A stretch of 55,284 nt of DNA from Campylobacteraceae bacterium (lineage in GTDB: Bacteria; Campylobacterota; Campylobacteria; Campylobacterales; Campylobacteraceae), in assembly GCA_031257555.1 (NCBI GenBank), contig JAIROK010000131.1, forward strand, positions 1 through 55,284, written 5' to 3'. Within the stretch, counting starts at the first letter, position 1, and every line of letters starts with the position of its first letter. Position numbers and translations under genes: made by a program. The notes beneath the pieces were generated by a model. It was given only the letters and a program-made list of their open reading frames with translations. It was not told where the DNA came from and made no database searches. Shown piece by piece: positions 1-8,685 of the stretch.

Positions 1-225
1 GGAATGGACGAGAAACTTTTAGCGGTTCCTGTGAGCAAAATAGACCCGACATTTGAAGGAGTTAATTCTCTTAAAGATTTGCCAAAAGCCACTCTTGATA
101 AAATTAAAAACTTTTTTGAGACATATAAAATGTTAGAACCGAATAAATGGGTAAAAGTAAAAGATTTTGCAGACAAAGAAGCTGCTGTTGAAATTTTGGA
201 AAAAGCTATTAAAAACTATAAATAA
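1..225 (+). CDS. ppa: inorganic pyrophosphatase, C-terminal fragment (5' end lies outside the window)
   Basis: Frame 1 is open from nt 1 to the TAA at 223-225. The tail ...LPKATLDKIKNFFETYKMLEPNKWVKVKDF... resembles the conserved C-terminus of family I soluble PPases. Confidence 0.8.
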   Translation, partial: GMDEKLLAVPVSKIDPTFEGVNSLKDLPKATLDKIKNFFETYKMLEPNKWVKVKDFADKEAAVEILEKAIKNYK

Positions 226-230
226 ATCGA

Positions 231-264
231 TGTTGTTTTGATGCCATCTGGCATCAAAACAACA
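231..264. terminator. bidirectional stem-loop between the convergent ppa and ABC-2 permease genes
   Basis: Perfect 15-bp inverted repeat tgttgttttgatgcc (231-245) / ggcatcaaaacaaca (250-264) with a 4-nt loop, 6 nt after the ppa stop. The flanking U-tract is weak. Confidence 0.55.
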
Positions 265-374
265 TATACTTTAGTCATATAAATTTTTATATATTTTATT
301 CCTTCCTCTTGTCCATTCTTGCTTTTTACTTACTATAAAACATGTAGCCCATCAGTGTTTATCTTGAAACAAAT

Positions 375-1463
375 TTATCCCATTTTCTTCTTGAATAAAA
401 AAAGTGCGGTGCTAAGTGAAAATACACCCAACAAAAACATCTTTGCAAGCAAAGGAATAGCAATCTCAAAGCTTATATCTTTTAAAAATACGCCTTTTAT
501 AAGGATAATGTAATATTTCAATGGAATAAAATCCGACAGAGGCTGAAGCCACAAAGGCATATTTTCTATAGGCGATGAAAAACCAGACAATAAAAATGAC
601 GGCAACAAAAAGATAAAAGAGCCCAAAATAGCCTGCTGTTGAGTCTTGCAAACAGATGAGATAAAAAGCCCAACCCCTGATATCGTAAACAAAAAGATAG
701 TAACACCAAGATAAAGCATCAAAAGAGAACCATAAAAAGGAACTTCGAAATAAAAAAATGCCAAAAGCAGTATAATCGATGAAATCAAAATACTTATGAT
801 AAATCCCGGAATAAGTTTGCCAAGCAGTATTTCTATCGAACTTAGAGGAGATACTAAAATCTGCTCAAGAGTACCAAGCTCCTTTTCTCTGGTTATCGAA
901 AGCGCACTTAAAATTACAGCGAGCAACATCGTAATGGAACCAAAAAGATTTGGCACTATCCACCAAAAATTGGTAAGATTTTGATTATACAGATAGCGAG
1001 AATATATATCTAATGGATTTTTCCGTACCTCATCTCTGGCTTGAAATCTCATAAGTGTTTGAGATATGTAATTCTCTACAATTTGAGCAGTATTTGAGCG
1101 GCGTCCATCAAGTATAAGCTGTATTTTCGAATCTTGAGTACCCAAGTCTTTAGCAAAATTATCAGGTATAACTATAAAACCTATTATCTTTTTCACATCT
1201 ACCATTTTTTTTGCTTCATCATAGTTTTGTGTGCTTATCAAACTTCTTACATAACTTGAACCCTTTAACTCTTGTATAAACTCTCTGCTTTGACTGCTTC
1301 CATCTCTGTCAAAAATCGCCAAATCTACATATTTTACCTCTGTAGTAGCCGCAAATGAAAAAACAAAAATTTGAAATAACGGCGGCATTATGATGATAAA
1401 CAAACTTTTTTTATCATTTTTGATAGACAAAAACTCTTTTTTGATAAGCGCAAACAGTCTCAT
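375..1463 (-). CDS. ABC-2 type transporter permease (YbhR/YhhJ-like)
   Basis: 362-aa ORF with an N-terminal TM helix, a large loop, then five C-terminal TM helices, the typical ABC-2 layout. It overlaps the upstream paralogous permease by 4 nt. Confidence 0.85.
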   Translation of the reverse strand: MRLFALIKKEFLSIKNDKKSLFIIIMPPLFQIFVFSFAATTEVKYVDLAIFDRDGSSQSREFIQELKGSSYVRSLISTQNYDEAKKMVDVKKIIGFIVIPDNFAKDLGTQDSKIQLILDGRRSNTAQIVENYISQTLMRFQARDEVRKNPLDIYSRYLYNQNLTNFWWIVPNLFGSITMLLAVILSALSITREKELGTLEQILVSPLSSIEILLGKLIPGFIISILISSIILLLAFFYFEVPFYGSLLMLYLGVTIFLFTISGVGLFISSVCKTQQQAILGSFIFLLPSFLLSGFSSPIENMPLWLQPLSDFIPLKYYIILIKGVFLKDISFEIAIPLLAKMFLLGVFSLSTALFLFKKKMG

Positions 1464-2551
1464 TCAAGCCCTTTTTTAGATTTTATAAAAACCAATAAAA
1501 ACAAAATTATTCCTATCGCTATTATCCAAAGAACACTTGTTAAAAATATCTCATAAATATTTCCCGCCAAAAAAATCGTCTGAATAGAATTTACAAAATA
1601 CCTAGCCGGCACGATGTGTGTCAACACCTGAAGCCAACCTGGCATATTTTCTATCTCAAATAAAAATCCGGACAATAAATATGCAGGCAAAAAAGATATT
1701 ACTAACGATACTTGAGCGGCAATAAATTGATTTTTTGTAATTGTAGAGATTAAAAGCCCGCTGACAAGAGCTGGAAAAAGATATATCGCACCCATCAGAA
1801 AAAGTATCAGCAAACTGCCTCTAAACGGTACGTTATACCAAAAGCATGCTATCAAAACGCATAACAGTAATGACGCCATTGCGATACAAAAGTACGGAAT
1901 AATCTTGCCCATGATTATCTCAAGCATAGAAGTCGGAGTTGCCATCATGGCTTCCATAGTGCCCCTTTCCCACTCTCTTGCCACAACAAGTGATGTTAAA
2001 AGAGTCCCTATCATAGTCATGACAATGACTATTGACCCGGGAATTAAAAAATGCACGCTTGAAACCGAAGGATTGAACCAGTATCTTGACTCTATTTTGA
2101 TATCCGAAGCTGTTACAATACCGTTTTGCTTTGCCCAAATAAAGATGATGCTGGTTATATATTTTTGCATAAAACCGGCAAGGTTAGGTTCTGTTGAGTC
2201 CATCAGGATTTGGATTTTATAGCTATCGTCTTTACCAAATTTATCATCTATATCTAAAACTGCTTTTATTTTATTGGCTTGGAGCATATTCATGAAAATC
2301 TCTTTGTTTTTACTCTCGCTCACTATAAAATATTTTGACCCTCTAAATGACTCCGTAAGTGTTCTTGCATAAGTGCTGTCACTTTTTGAAACAATGCCAA
2401 TCGGTATATTTTTAGCATCAAGAGATACGGCATATCCCATCAAAAAAAGCAGTAAAAACGGTAAAACGATAACTATCAAAAGGGAGCTTGGATCACGCAT
2501 TATTTGCAAACTCTCTTTTTTAATTAATGCTTTGAGGTGCTTTATATTCAT
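1460..2551 (-). CDS. ABC-2 type transporter permease (YbhS-like)
   Basis: 363-aa paralogue of the adjacent permease with the same topology. It abuts the ATPase gene with no gap. Confidence 0.85.
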   Translation of the reverse strand: MNIKHLKALIKKESLQIMRDPSSLLIVIVLPFLLLFLMGYAVSLDAKNIPIGIVSKSDSTYARTLTESFRGSKYFIVSESKNKEIFMNMLQANKIKAVLDIDDKFGKDDSYKIQILMDSTEPNLAGFMQKYITSIIFIWAKQNGIVTASDIKIESRYWFNPSVSSVHFLIPGSIVIVMTMIGTLLTSLVVAREWERGTMEAMMATPTSMLEIIMGKIIPYFCIAMASLLLCVLIACFWYNVPFRGSLLILFLMGAIYLFPALVSGLLISTITKNQFIAAQVSLVISFLPAYLLSGFLFEIENMPGWLQVLTHIVPARYFVNSIQTIFLAGNIYEIFLTSVLWIIAIGIILFLLVFIKSKKGLE

Positions 2552-4234
2552 CTAATCTTCTTCTTTATCATGCATCTTAACAAGATGTATAAAAGCGTCA
2601 TCCATAGATGCCGTTGGTGAAACTTGTGCTTTTAGTTCATCCGGTGTTCCAACGGCTATCGCTTCGCCTTTATATACCAACATTATCTTATCGCAATACT
2701 CAGCCTCGTCCATAAAATGCGTGGTTACCATAACACAAACCCCGCGCTTTGCTATTCCGTTGATGTGCGTCCAAAATTCTTTTCTTGTTATCGGGTCAAC
2801 TCCGGAAGTCGGCTCATCTAAAAACAAAACCGGCGGTTCATGTATCAAAGAACAAGCAAGCGACAAACGTTGCTTGATACCAAGCGGAAGTTCATTTGCA
2901 TTCACATGAAGATATTTTTTAAAATCAAAAATATCTATAATGGTATCTATCTTTTTGCGAATATTTTTTACGCCATAAAGGCTCGCAAAAAAATCAAGGT
3001 TGTCTTTTAACTTCAAATCGCCGTAAAGTGAAAATTTTTGTGCCATATAACCAATATTTTTTCTTACTTTTGAATTTTTCAAACTTCCATGCAGTACTTT
3101 CACGCTGCCGCTCGTAGGCGTCAAAAGTCCGCAAAGCATTTTGAATGTTGTTGATTTTCCGGCTCCATTTGGTCCCAAAAGTCCAAAAATCTCACCGGAA
3201 TTTACCGTAAAATTTATATTTTTTACTGCTGTAAAACTGCCGAACTTTTTCGTCAAATCTTTTACTGTTATTAGATTTTTCCGTTTGGGCAGCTTTAGCA
3301 TCACATCTGCCAAAATAGAGCGTGCTTTTGTCTTAACCTTTAAAATATCAAGAAATGTCTCTTCGAAGCTTGGTTTTATGCTTGAAACTTTTATATTCTC
3401 TCCGATTGTATCTAAAATATCCATTGGAAAGTCAGCATTTTTTTTCAATACGACTTTTATGTGCGAACCTATAAGCGCAGCATCGAGCAATATTTCAGAT
3501 TCCAAAACAGAGCTTACCGCCTCTCTTTTATTGAAAAAATCACCCTCTATCTTAAACACTCTCCCTTTCAAAGTATCCGTTAACTCTTCCGGACAGCCAT
3601 GGTATAAAATATTTCCATTATTAAGTAAAAGCACATTGTTGCACATTTGTGCTTCATACAGATATGATGTACTCCAAACAATAGCCACATTGTCCATCAA
3701 AAACAAGTTGACCATGTCCCACAAATCATGTCTTGATATAGGATCAACTCCTACGCTTGGTTCGTCTAAAAGCAAGATTTTTGGTTTTTTGATAAGTGCA
3801 CATGCAAGCGCTAATTTTTGTTTCATTCCTCCTGATAAATTGCCTGCCCTTCTTGAGGTAAAAGGCTTTAACTTTGTAAATCCCAACAGTTCATCTATAC
3901 GCTCATCAACATTTGCAATACTGCGCAAAGAGGCATAAAGCTGCAAATTTTCCAAAACACTTAAATCTTCATAAAGTCCGAATTTTTGTGGCATATACCC
4001 GACTTGCTCTAAAAATTCACTACTTTTGTCAGGCATATTTGCACCCAAAACTTTAAGCTCTCCGCTATCAAAACTCATAAGTCCCGTAAGCAGTCTGATT
4101 AATGTGGTTTTACCTGCGCCATCAGGTCCTATAAGCCCTGTTATTTCACCACTTTTAGCAGTAAAACTTATATTATTAAGGGCAATATTATTTTTAAAAG
4201 ATTTTGTAATATTGCGCGCACGAACTGCTATCAT
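2552..4234 (-). CDS. ABC transporter ATP-binding protein with two fused ATPase cassettes (YbhF-like)
   Basis: Two Walker A motifs (GPDGAGKTT, GPNGAGKST), two signature motifs (LSGGMKQK, LPLGIKQR) and two Walker B motifs (LLLDEP, LFLDEP). Confidence 0.9.
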   Translation of the reverse strand: MIAVRARNITKSFKNNIALNNISFTAKSGEITGLIGPDGAGKTTLIRLLTGLMSFDSGELKVLGANMPDKSSEFLEQVGYMPQKFGLYEDLSVLENLQLYASLRSIANVDERIDELLGFTKLKPFTSRRAGNLSGGMKQKLALACALIKKPKILLLDEPSVGVDPISRHDLWDMVNLFLMDNVAIVWSTSYLYEAQMCNNVLLLNNGNILYHGCPEELTDTLKGRVFKIEGDFFNKREAVSSVLESEILLDAALIGSHIKVVLKKNADFPMDILDTIGENIKVSSIKPSFEETFLDILKVKTKARSILADVMLKLPKRKNLITVKDLTKKFGSFTAVKNINFTVNSGEIFGLLGPNGAGKSTTFKMLCGLLTPTSGSVKVLHGSLKNSKVRKNIGYMAQKFSLYGDLKLKDNLDFFASLYGVKNIRKKIDTIIDIFDFKKYLHVNANELPLGIKQRLSLACSLIHEPPVLFLDEPTSGVDPITRKEFWTHINGIAKRGVCVMVTTHFMDEAEYCDKIMLVYKGEAIAVGTPDELKAQVSPTASMDDAFIHLVKMHDKEED

Positions 4235-5202
4235 CGTTTTAATTTTATTGTTACCGGCATTCCTTGTTTTATCCTTTTATCCGAGTCTTTTATCAAAACC
4301 CTAAAACGATAAACAAGGTCAGCTCTTAACTCTATTGTCTCAATATTTTTTGGAGTAAATTCCGCTATTGGCGATATGTTTCCGATAATACCCAAATATG
4401 GCTCTTTGCGCACATCAGTATGCACCAAAACTTCATCTCCTTGTGAAATAAATCCAAGATGCGTCTCATCTACATAAGCTTTCACCCAAAACTCATCTTG
4501 TCTTGAAATCTCCAGCACCTTCTCTCCAGGATTTACGATAGCGCCCTCCTCTTTCAATCTTGAGAGAATAATACCTTCAAAAGGTGCTTTTATGACACTG
4601 TCCTCCAAATCCTGTAAAGCTGCTTTTAAAGTTGCCTCGAGGGATTCTACAAGTAGACTTTGAGCTTTTATATCCTCATCTTCATATCCTTTTGTGCGCA
4701 TATCATAAAGCGCTTCGGCTTTTTTAAAGATACCTACAGCCGCTTCATATTTATATTGTGCATTTAGATAAGCTTCTTTTGAAGTAGCGCTTTTATTATA
4801 AAGTTTTTTTTGTCTCTCAAGTGCATCTTCAAGTAATCTTAAATTTGCATAAGCATTTTCGAACTCGCCTTCGGCTTCATTGATATCCTCTTGCCTAAAA
4901 CCTCTTTTGAGTTTGTCAAGCTTTATCTTTTCGGCATCAAGTCTTGCTTGTATCTCAGCTATGTTGTTTTGTATATTTTTATTGTTTAAAGTTACTAAAA
5001 TCTCATCTTTAATGACGCTATCACCTTCATCTTTATTGATTGTTTCTATTTTTCCTAAAAATCTAAACCCAAGACTAACAGTTCTTGTGTCTATATTGCC
5101 GTAAAACGACAAATCTTCACTTTTTGAACCTTTGAAAGCATATAGTAGTGATGCAGCTATAACAAGTGCAATAAAAAAAGTAAACGCCAAAGCTTTTTTC
5201 AT
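4231..5202 (-). CDS. HlyD-family membrane fusion / periplasmic adaptor protein (YbhG-like)
   Basis: Signal-anchor MKKALAFTFFIALVIAASLLYAF, a long coiled-coil segment and a beta-barrel C-terminus. I place the start at ATG 5202 (AAGGAG 11 nt upstream) rather than the ORF-track start at 5298, which would overlap acpS. The 4-nt overlap with the ATPase gene indicates an operon. Confidence 0.85.
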   Translation of the reverse strand: MKKALAFTFFIALVIAASLLYAFKGSKSEDLSFYGNIDTRTVSLGFRFLGKIETINKDEGDSVIKDEILVTLNNKNIQNNIAEIQARLDAEKIKLDKLKRGFRQEDINEAEGEFENAYANLRLLEDALERQKKLYNKSATSKEAYLNAQYKYEAAVGIFKKAEALYDMRTKGYEDEDIKAQSLLVESLEATLKAALQDLEDSVIKAPFEGIILSRLKEEGAIVNPGEKVLEISRQDEFWVKAYVDETHLGFISQGDEVLVHTDVRKEPYLGIIGNISPIAEFTPKNIETIELRADLVYRFRVLIKDSDKRIKQGMPVTIKLKR

Positions 5203-5234
5203 AATTATAGAACTCCTTAATTTTATAAGAAAAA

Positions 5235-5243
5235 TGATATAAT
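5235..5243 (+). promoter_or_regulatory. candidate extended -10 promoter element for acpS
   Basis: TGaTATAAT at 5235-5243, 54 nt upstream of the acpS ATG, in the 94-nt divergent intergenic region. Campylobacter sigma-70 promoters rely on extended -10 boxes. Sequence-only guess. Confidence 0.35.
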
Positions 5244-5296
5244 AACATAATTTGCTTATATTATTGGTTAATTTATGAAAGGTTTTTAATTTTTTC

Positions 5297-5677
5297 ATGG
5301 TTGGAATCGATTTAATTAAAATTAAACGCTTTGAAAATTTCTTAGAAAAATTCGGGAAAAAAGCACTTGAAAAATATCTTGATGAAGATGAGATAAAGCT
5401 TGTAAAAAATGCTCAAAGCGCGGCAGGATTTTTTGCTGCCAAAGAAGCAATATCAAAAGCTTTGGGTGTTGGCATATCAAAAGAGTGTGGATTTTTTGAT
5501 ATCAAAATTTACAAGCTTCCAAATGGCGCGCCCTCCTTTACGCTATCGTCTCACATCATAAAAGCATACGATATAAAATCTGTATCGCTTTCTATATCAC
5601 ATGATGGCGGTTTTGCCGTAGCAGCAGCGATTATTGAAGGTGTGGAACCAAATAAACAAAAATTAAGCCATAGGTAA
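5297..5677 (+). CDS. acpS: holo-[acyl-carrier-protein] synthase (4'-phosphopantetheinyl transferase)
   Basis: 126 aa. It has MVGIDLIKIKRF..., ...FAAKEAISKALG... and ...ISHDGGFAVAAAI, matching the conserved AcpS N-terminal, central and C-terminal motifs. Confidence 0.9.
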   Translation: MVGIDLIKIKRFENFLEKFGKKALEKYLDEDEIKLVKNAQSAAGFFAAKEAISKALGVGISKECGFFDIKIYKLPNGAPSFTLSSHIIKAYDIKSVSLSISHDGGFAVAAAIIEGVEPNKQKLSHR

Positions 5678-6600
5678 ATGCTAATTTCTGTTTATTTTTC
5701 AATTTTTTTTATACACACAATGTGAAAATTACTAATTTATCTATATTTTTTAAAAAATAACATTATAACTAACTAAAATTTGTCGCTATTAGATAATAAT
5801 TTTACGTATCACCTTTTAAATATTTATAGATTTTAAATGAAAAAACTATGTTTGCTTTTGGTATTTTTTTAAATGATTGATATATAAAATATTTTAGCAA
5901 AATATAAAAATTACTTGATTGTTTTACTGTATTATTGGTTTTAGTGCCTATTTTCGCCATCTGCTGATTCATGCTTTAAGATATTGCCAGTTAAATTTAA
6001 ATCATGTTTTTATATATTGATGGAAGACAAAATTTTTAAATTTGCAAATTTCTTAATATTTACATTTACTTTTATTGTCTTATTACTATTATTTTATTTA
6101 ATTTTTAACTATAAGTATAATTTATAAATATTCATAAAAACAATTAAAAATTAACAAAACTAACTAAAATATATTATTTTTTATCTATAAAAGAAAAAAA
6201 TATTATTAAAAAGTATATAAAATTTGCAATAACCATTATACTTGCTATTTTAAATTATTATATTTTTATATTTATACTAATGTTTATAAAAAAGAAAAAT
6301 AAAGAATCTTAATTATTTTTAAGTTAAAAATAAGTAAAAGAATCATATATAATTATATTAATACTATTTGATATTTATATAATATAGTATTATTAGTTGT
6401 TTGCAGTTTTTATAGGATAGACAATAATCACATAACATATAAAACGGCTTTCTTTCACATAATTTTATACAGATAAAAACAAAATGAAAAAACCACACCT
6501 CGCTTTGGAAAACTGCTAAAAATAAAAAAATGAGAGCGGTTGAAGGTTGGCATAAATGAATAAAAATTGCCAAACACACATTATCTGATCTCTTATATAT

Positions 6601-7611
6601 CTAATGCTTATAAATAATCTCATATACCTTATCTATAAACTGTCTCCACGTAAGATTGTTAAGCACAAAGTCGCTTCCTGCTTTAGCACGCTCCAAATCA
6701 CTTTTTGATGCGCCGTGTTTTAAACGTGAAAAAACTTCGATTGCTTCATCTAAAGAGTTTACAACTATACAGTAGTCTTTAAAGATTTTCTCCACTGCTA
6801 AACTTGGCGTGCTCACAGCTATGCCGCCGCATGCCAAGATTTCAACCAAGCGGCGCGAATACGCAGTCGGTGAATTTTCTATCGTATTTACATTTAAAGA
6901 TATAAGGTAATCTTTATATATGTCGGCTGTTTTGGCGTAAGGTATGCTTGGATTTACCCTAAGGTTATATTGTTCTAACGGATAACGGTAATTTTTTGCT
7001 TTGCGCTCGGAGTTTCTATCTATCACCGTTAAAGGAAGTTTTGCCCTAAGTGCAGCTTCAAATAACATATGCTGCCAACTTCGACGCCTATCGTGGATTT
7101 GCGTGTTATAACTTCCTATAAAATTAGCGGTATTAGACTTAAAATTAAATCCGCTGAAATTATGAATTTTTGGCTGTATGCAAAACGGCGCGACATTAAC
7201 GCTAACGGATGCGGGCACTATCTCTTTATATCGTTTAACGCAATTCTCATCTACAGTCAAAATATGGTCAAACAGTTTGGCGCTTTTTATAAATCTTTCA
7301 AAATGAACATTATCTTCTCTATTCCAAAAGACAGTTGGTACACCTTTGTCCTTTGCCATATCAACTACTCTTGCAAGCGCGTTATTGTTTCTCTTTGGAT
7401 AGTCAGGATATGAGGCTATCTTGTATTTCCATCTATTTTTATAACCAGACCACGAAGACTCCACAAGTAAAAAATCAAATTTATCGCGCCTTAGCAGATG
7501 ATACCAATAATTTAGCGGGGTTATAGCGGTATAGTCGATCTCATCTTTGAGACATGTGCTTGTTAAAGTATCACTTATGAGCAGGATTTTACTGCACTGC
7601 GGTGTCATCAT
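6601..7611 (-). CDS. CgeB-like / DUF3880-type glycosyltransferase (capsule biosynthesis)
   Basis: 336 aa, clearly paralogous to residues ~240-480 of the 1252-aa protein. Compare FDFLLVESSWSGY / PELLFIESAWRGK, VPTVFWNREDNVHFERF / IPTVFWNKEDPIHFETF and RRLVEILACGGIAVS / RRVYELLGCNTITVS. Family assignment is from memory of the CgeB/Glyco_trans_1_2 pattern. Confidence 0.6.
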   Translation of the reverse strand: MMTPQCSKILLISDTLTSTCLKDEIDYTAITPLNYWYHLLRRDKFDFLLVESSWSGYKNRWKYKIASYPDYPKRNNNALARVVDMAKDKGVPTVFWNREDNVHFERFIKSAKLFDHILTVDENCVKRYKEIVPASVSVNVAPFCIQPKIHNFSGFNFKSNTANFIGSYNTQIHDRRRSWQHMLFEAALRAKLPLTVIDRNSERKAKNYRYPLEQYNLRVNPSIPYAKTADIYKDYLISLNVNTIENSPTAYSRRLVEILACGGIAVSTPSLAVEKIFKDYCIVVNSLDEAIEVFSRLKHGASKSDLERAKAGSDFVLNNLTWRQFIDKVYEIIYKH

Positions 7612-8677
7612 TTAACATTTCATTTATATTGCGCATGATTTCGACAAAAATCTCTGGTGATTCTGGAATATGTCCTCTTGGGTCGTCATATATCAAACTT
7701 CTGTGCCTGCCATCTTTAGATATACCGCTCTTTAAAGGCAATCCCATAGCTTTTGCAAATGGCTGATAGTGTTTTTCCCAATGATGCCCGTCAAGAGTGT
7801 TTTGCACCATAAATACTCTGGACACATTTATATTTTTCCACCTAGAAACCATATTAACTCTGTCAGAAAAACAGAGACGAATGGTATCTTCTTGCATATT
7901 TTCAAAACAACATTGGCAAATCAATGCAACTTGCTTAGAACTTTCATATGCGAGAGCATCCGTTTGGGAATTGATTGCAACAGCTATAGAACCTTCAATG
8001 AAAGCAGAAAGTGCTAATGCTGCAAATCCACCTGCAGATGACCCGTAAATTACAATCTTATTATTGGGAATATTATTGAACTTCGCTAATTTGACAACAA
8101 ACTTTGCAATCTCAGTCGTAGCATCGTGTGTAGCATCTCCGATGCACCAACCTAATTTAAGTTCGTTATGCAAATTCAATGTAGGATCCGCTATGCATAA
8201 GACATTTCCAGCAATCATTCCCTTAAGCGCCCAAGTCCATCGACTAAATATTGGCAATATCGCTTTTTCTCTATTTATTGCAGATGGCATCATTACAAAA
8301 AGCACTTTGTTTTCACTATGACAATAAAACGCAGGAATATTCCAAAACTCTCCCTTTAATAAACATGCAACTTGATTTTCAATTCCAGAAAAACTATCGA
8401 GAGAAACTTCTATAGGATTCATAAAAATCAGAGAAGAACTTACAGTCTCCGTTGAATTTTCATCAAATTTTACGAAAACCTGTATTTTATAAATTCCAGG
8501 AATATTCTCCGTGTCAAACTCAAAATCTGCTCTTTTTGTATACCACACAGTATGAACACGTTGTCCATTCCTAAAAACATAAAATGCAAACTCGTTATTT
8601 CCTGTAACAGATTCATTAAGAATAGTTTTGCATACTAAAATATATCCAACAATATCTATTGAAAGTTCTTTGATCAT
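7589..8677 (-). CDS. alpha/beta-hydrolase-fold protein, candidate capsule O-acyl(acetyl)transferase or esterase
   Basis: 362 aa. It has a nucleophile elbow G-S-S-A-G (Ser214, codon 8036-8038) after a beta-strand (KIVIYGSSAGGFAALAL), and downstream Asp/His candidates (NTLDGHHW, DDPRGH). An N-terminal ~90-aa beta-sandwich-like module is also present. Confidence 0.55.
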   Translation of the reverse strand: MIKELSIDIVGYILVCKTILNESVTGNNEFAFYVFRNGQRVHTVWYTKRADFEFDTENIPGIYKIQVFVKFDENSTETVSSSLIFMNPIEVSLDSFSGIENQVACLLKGEFWNIPAFYCHSENKVLFVMMPSAINREKAILPIFSRWTWALKGMIAGNVLCIADPTLNLHNELKLGWCIGDATHDATTEIAKFVVKLAKFNNIPNNKIVIYGSSAGGFAALALSAFIEGSIAVAINSQTDALAYESSKQVALICQCCFENMQEDTIRLCFSDRVNMVSRWKNINVSRVFMVQNTLDGHHWEKHYQPFAKAMGLPLKSGISKDGRHRSLIYDDPRGHIPESPEIFVEIMRNINEMLNDDTAVQ

Positions 8678-8685
8678 AACTTATG

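Noticed and set aside
3141-3938. A 265-aa plus-strand ORF. Similar long antisense ORFs occur at 1905-2222, 32061-32585, 21535-21924, 48446-48835, 53558-54004, 26307-26627 and 35726-36010.
   Set aside because: All lie entirely inside well-supported genes on the opposite strand. They have low-complexity S/F/I/L-rich translations and no RBS, so they are typical shadow ORFs.
4231-5298. Long N-terminal extensions implied by the ORF track for the HlyD protein (start 5298), the polymerase (15202), FtsX (44962), the FlpA-like protein (48083) and the di-iron protein (42285).
   Set aside because: In each case an internal start has a good Shine-Dalgarno sequence, begins a proper signal peptide or conserved N-terminus, or creates an ATGA overlap. 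The longer forms add non-homologous residues and overlap neighbouring genes.
6020-6127. A 35-codon hydrophobic mini-ORF (MEDKIFKFANFLIFTFTFIVLLLLFYLIFNYKYNL), a similar start-less frame at 6148-6332, and the 71-aa ORF at 6364-6579.
   Set aside because: Extreme AT content automatically encodes F/I/L/K/N/Y-rich, TM-looking peptides. There is no RBS, the second frame has no start codon, and conservation cannot be assessed.
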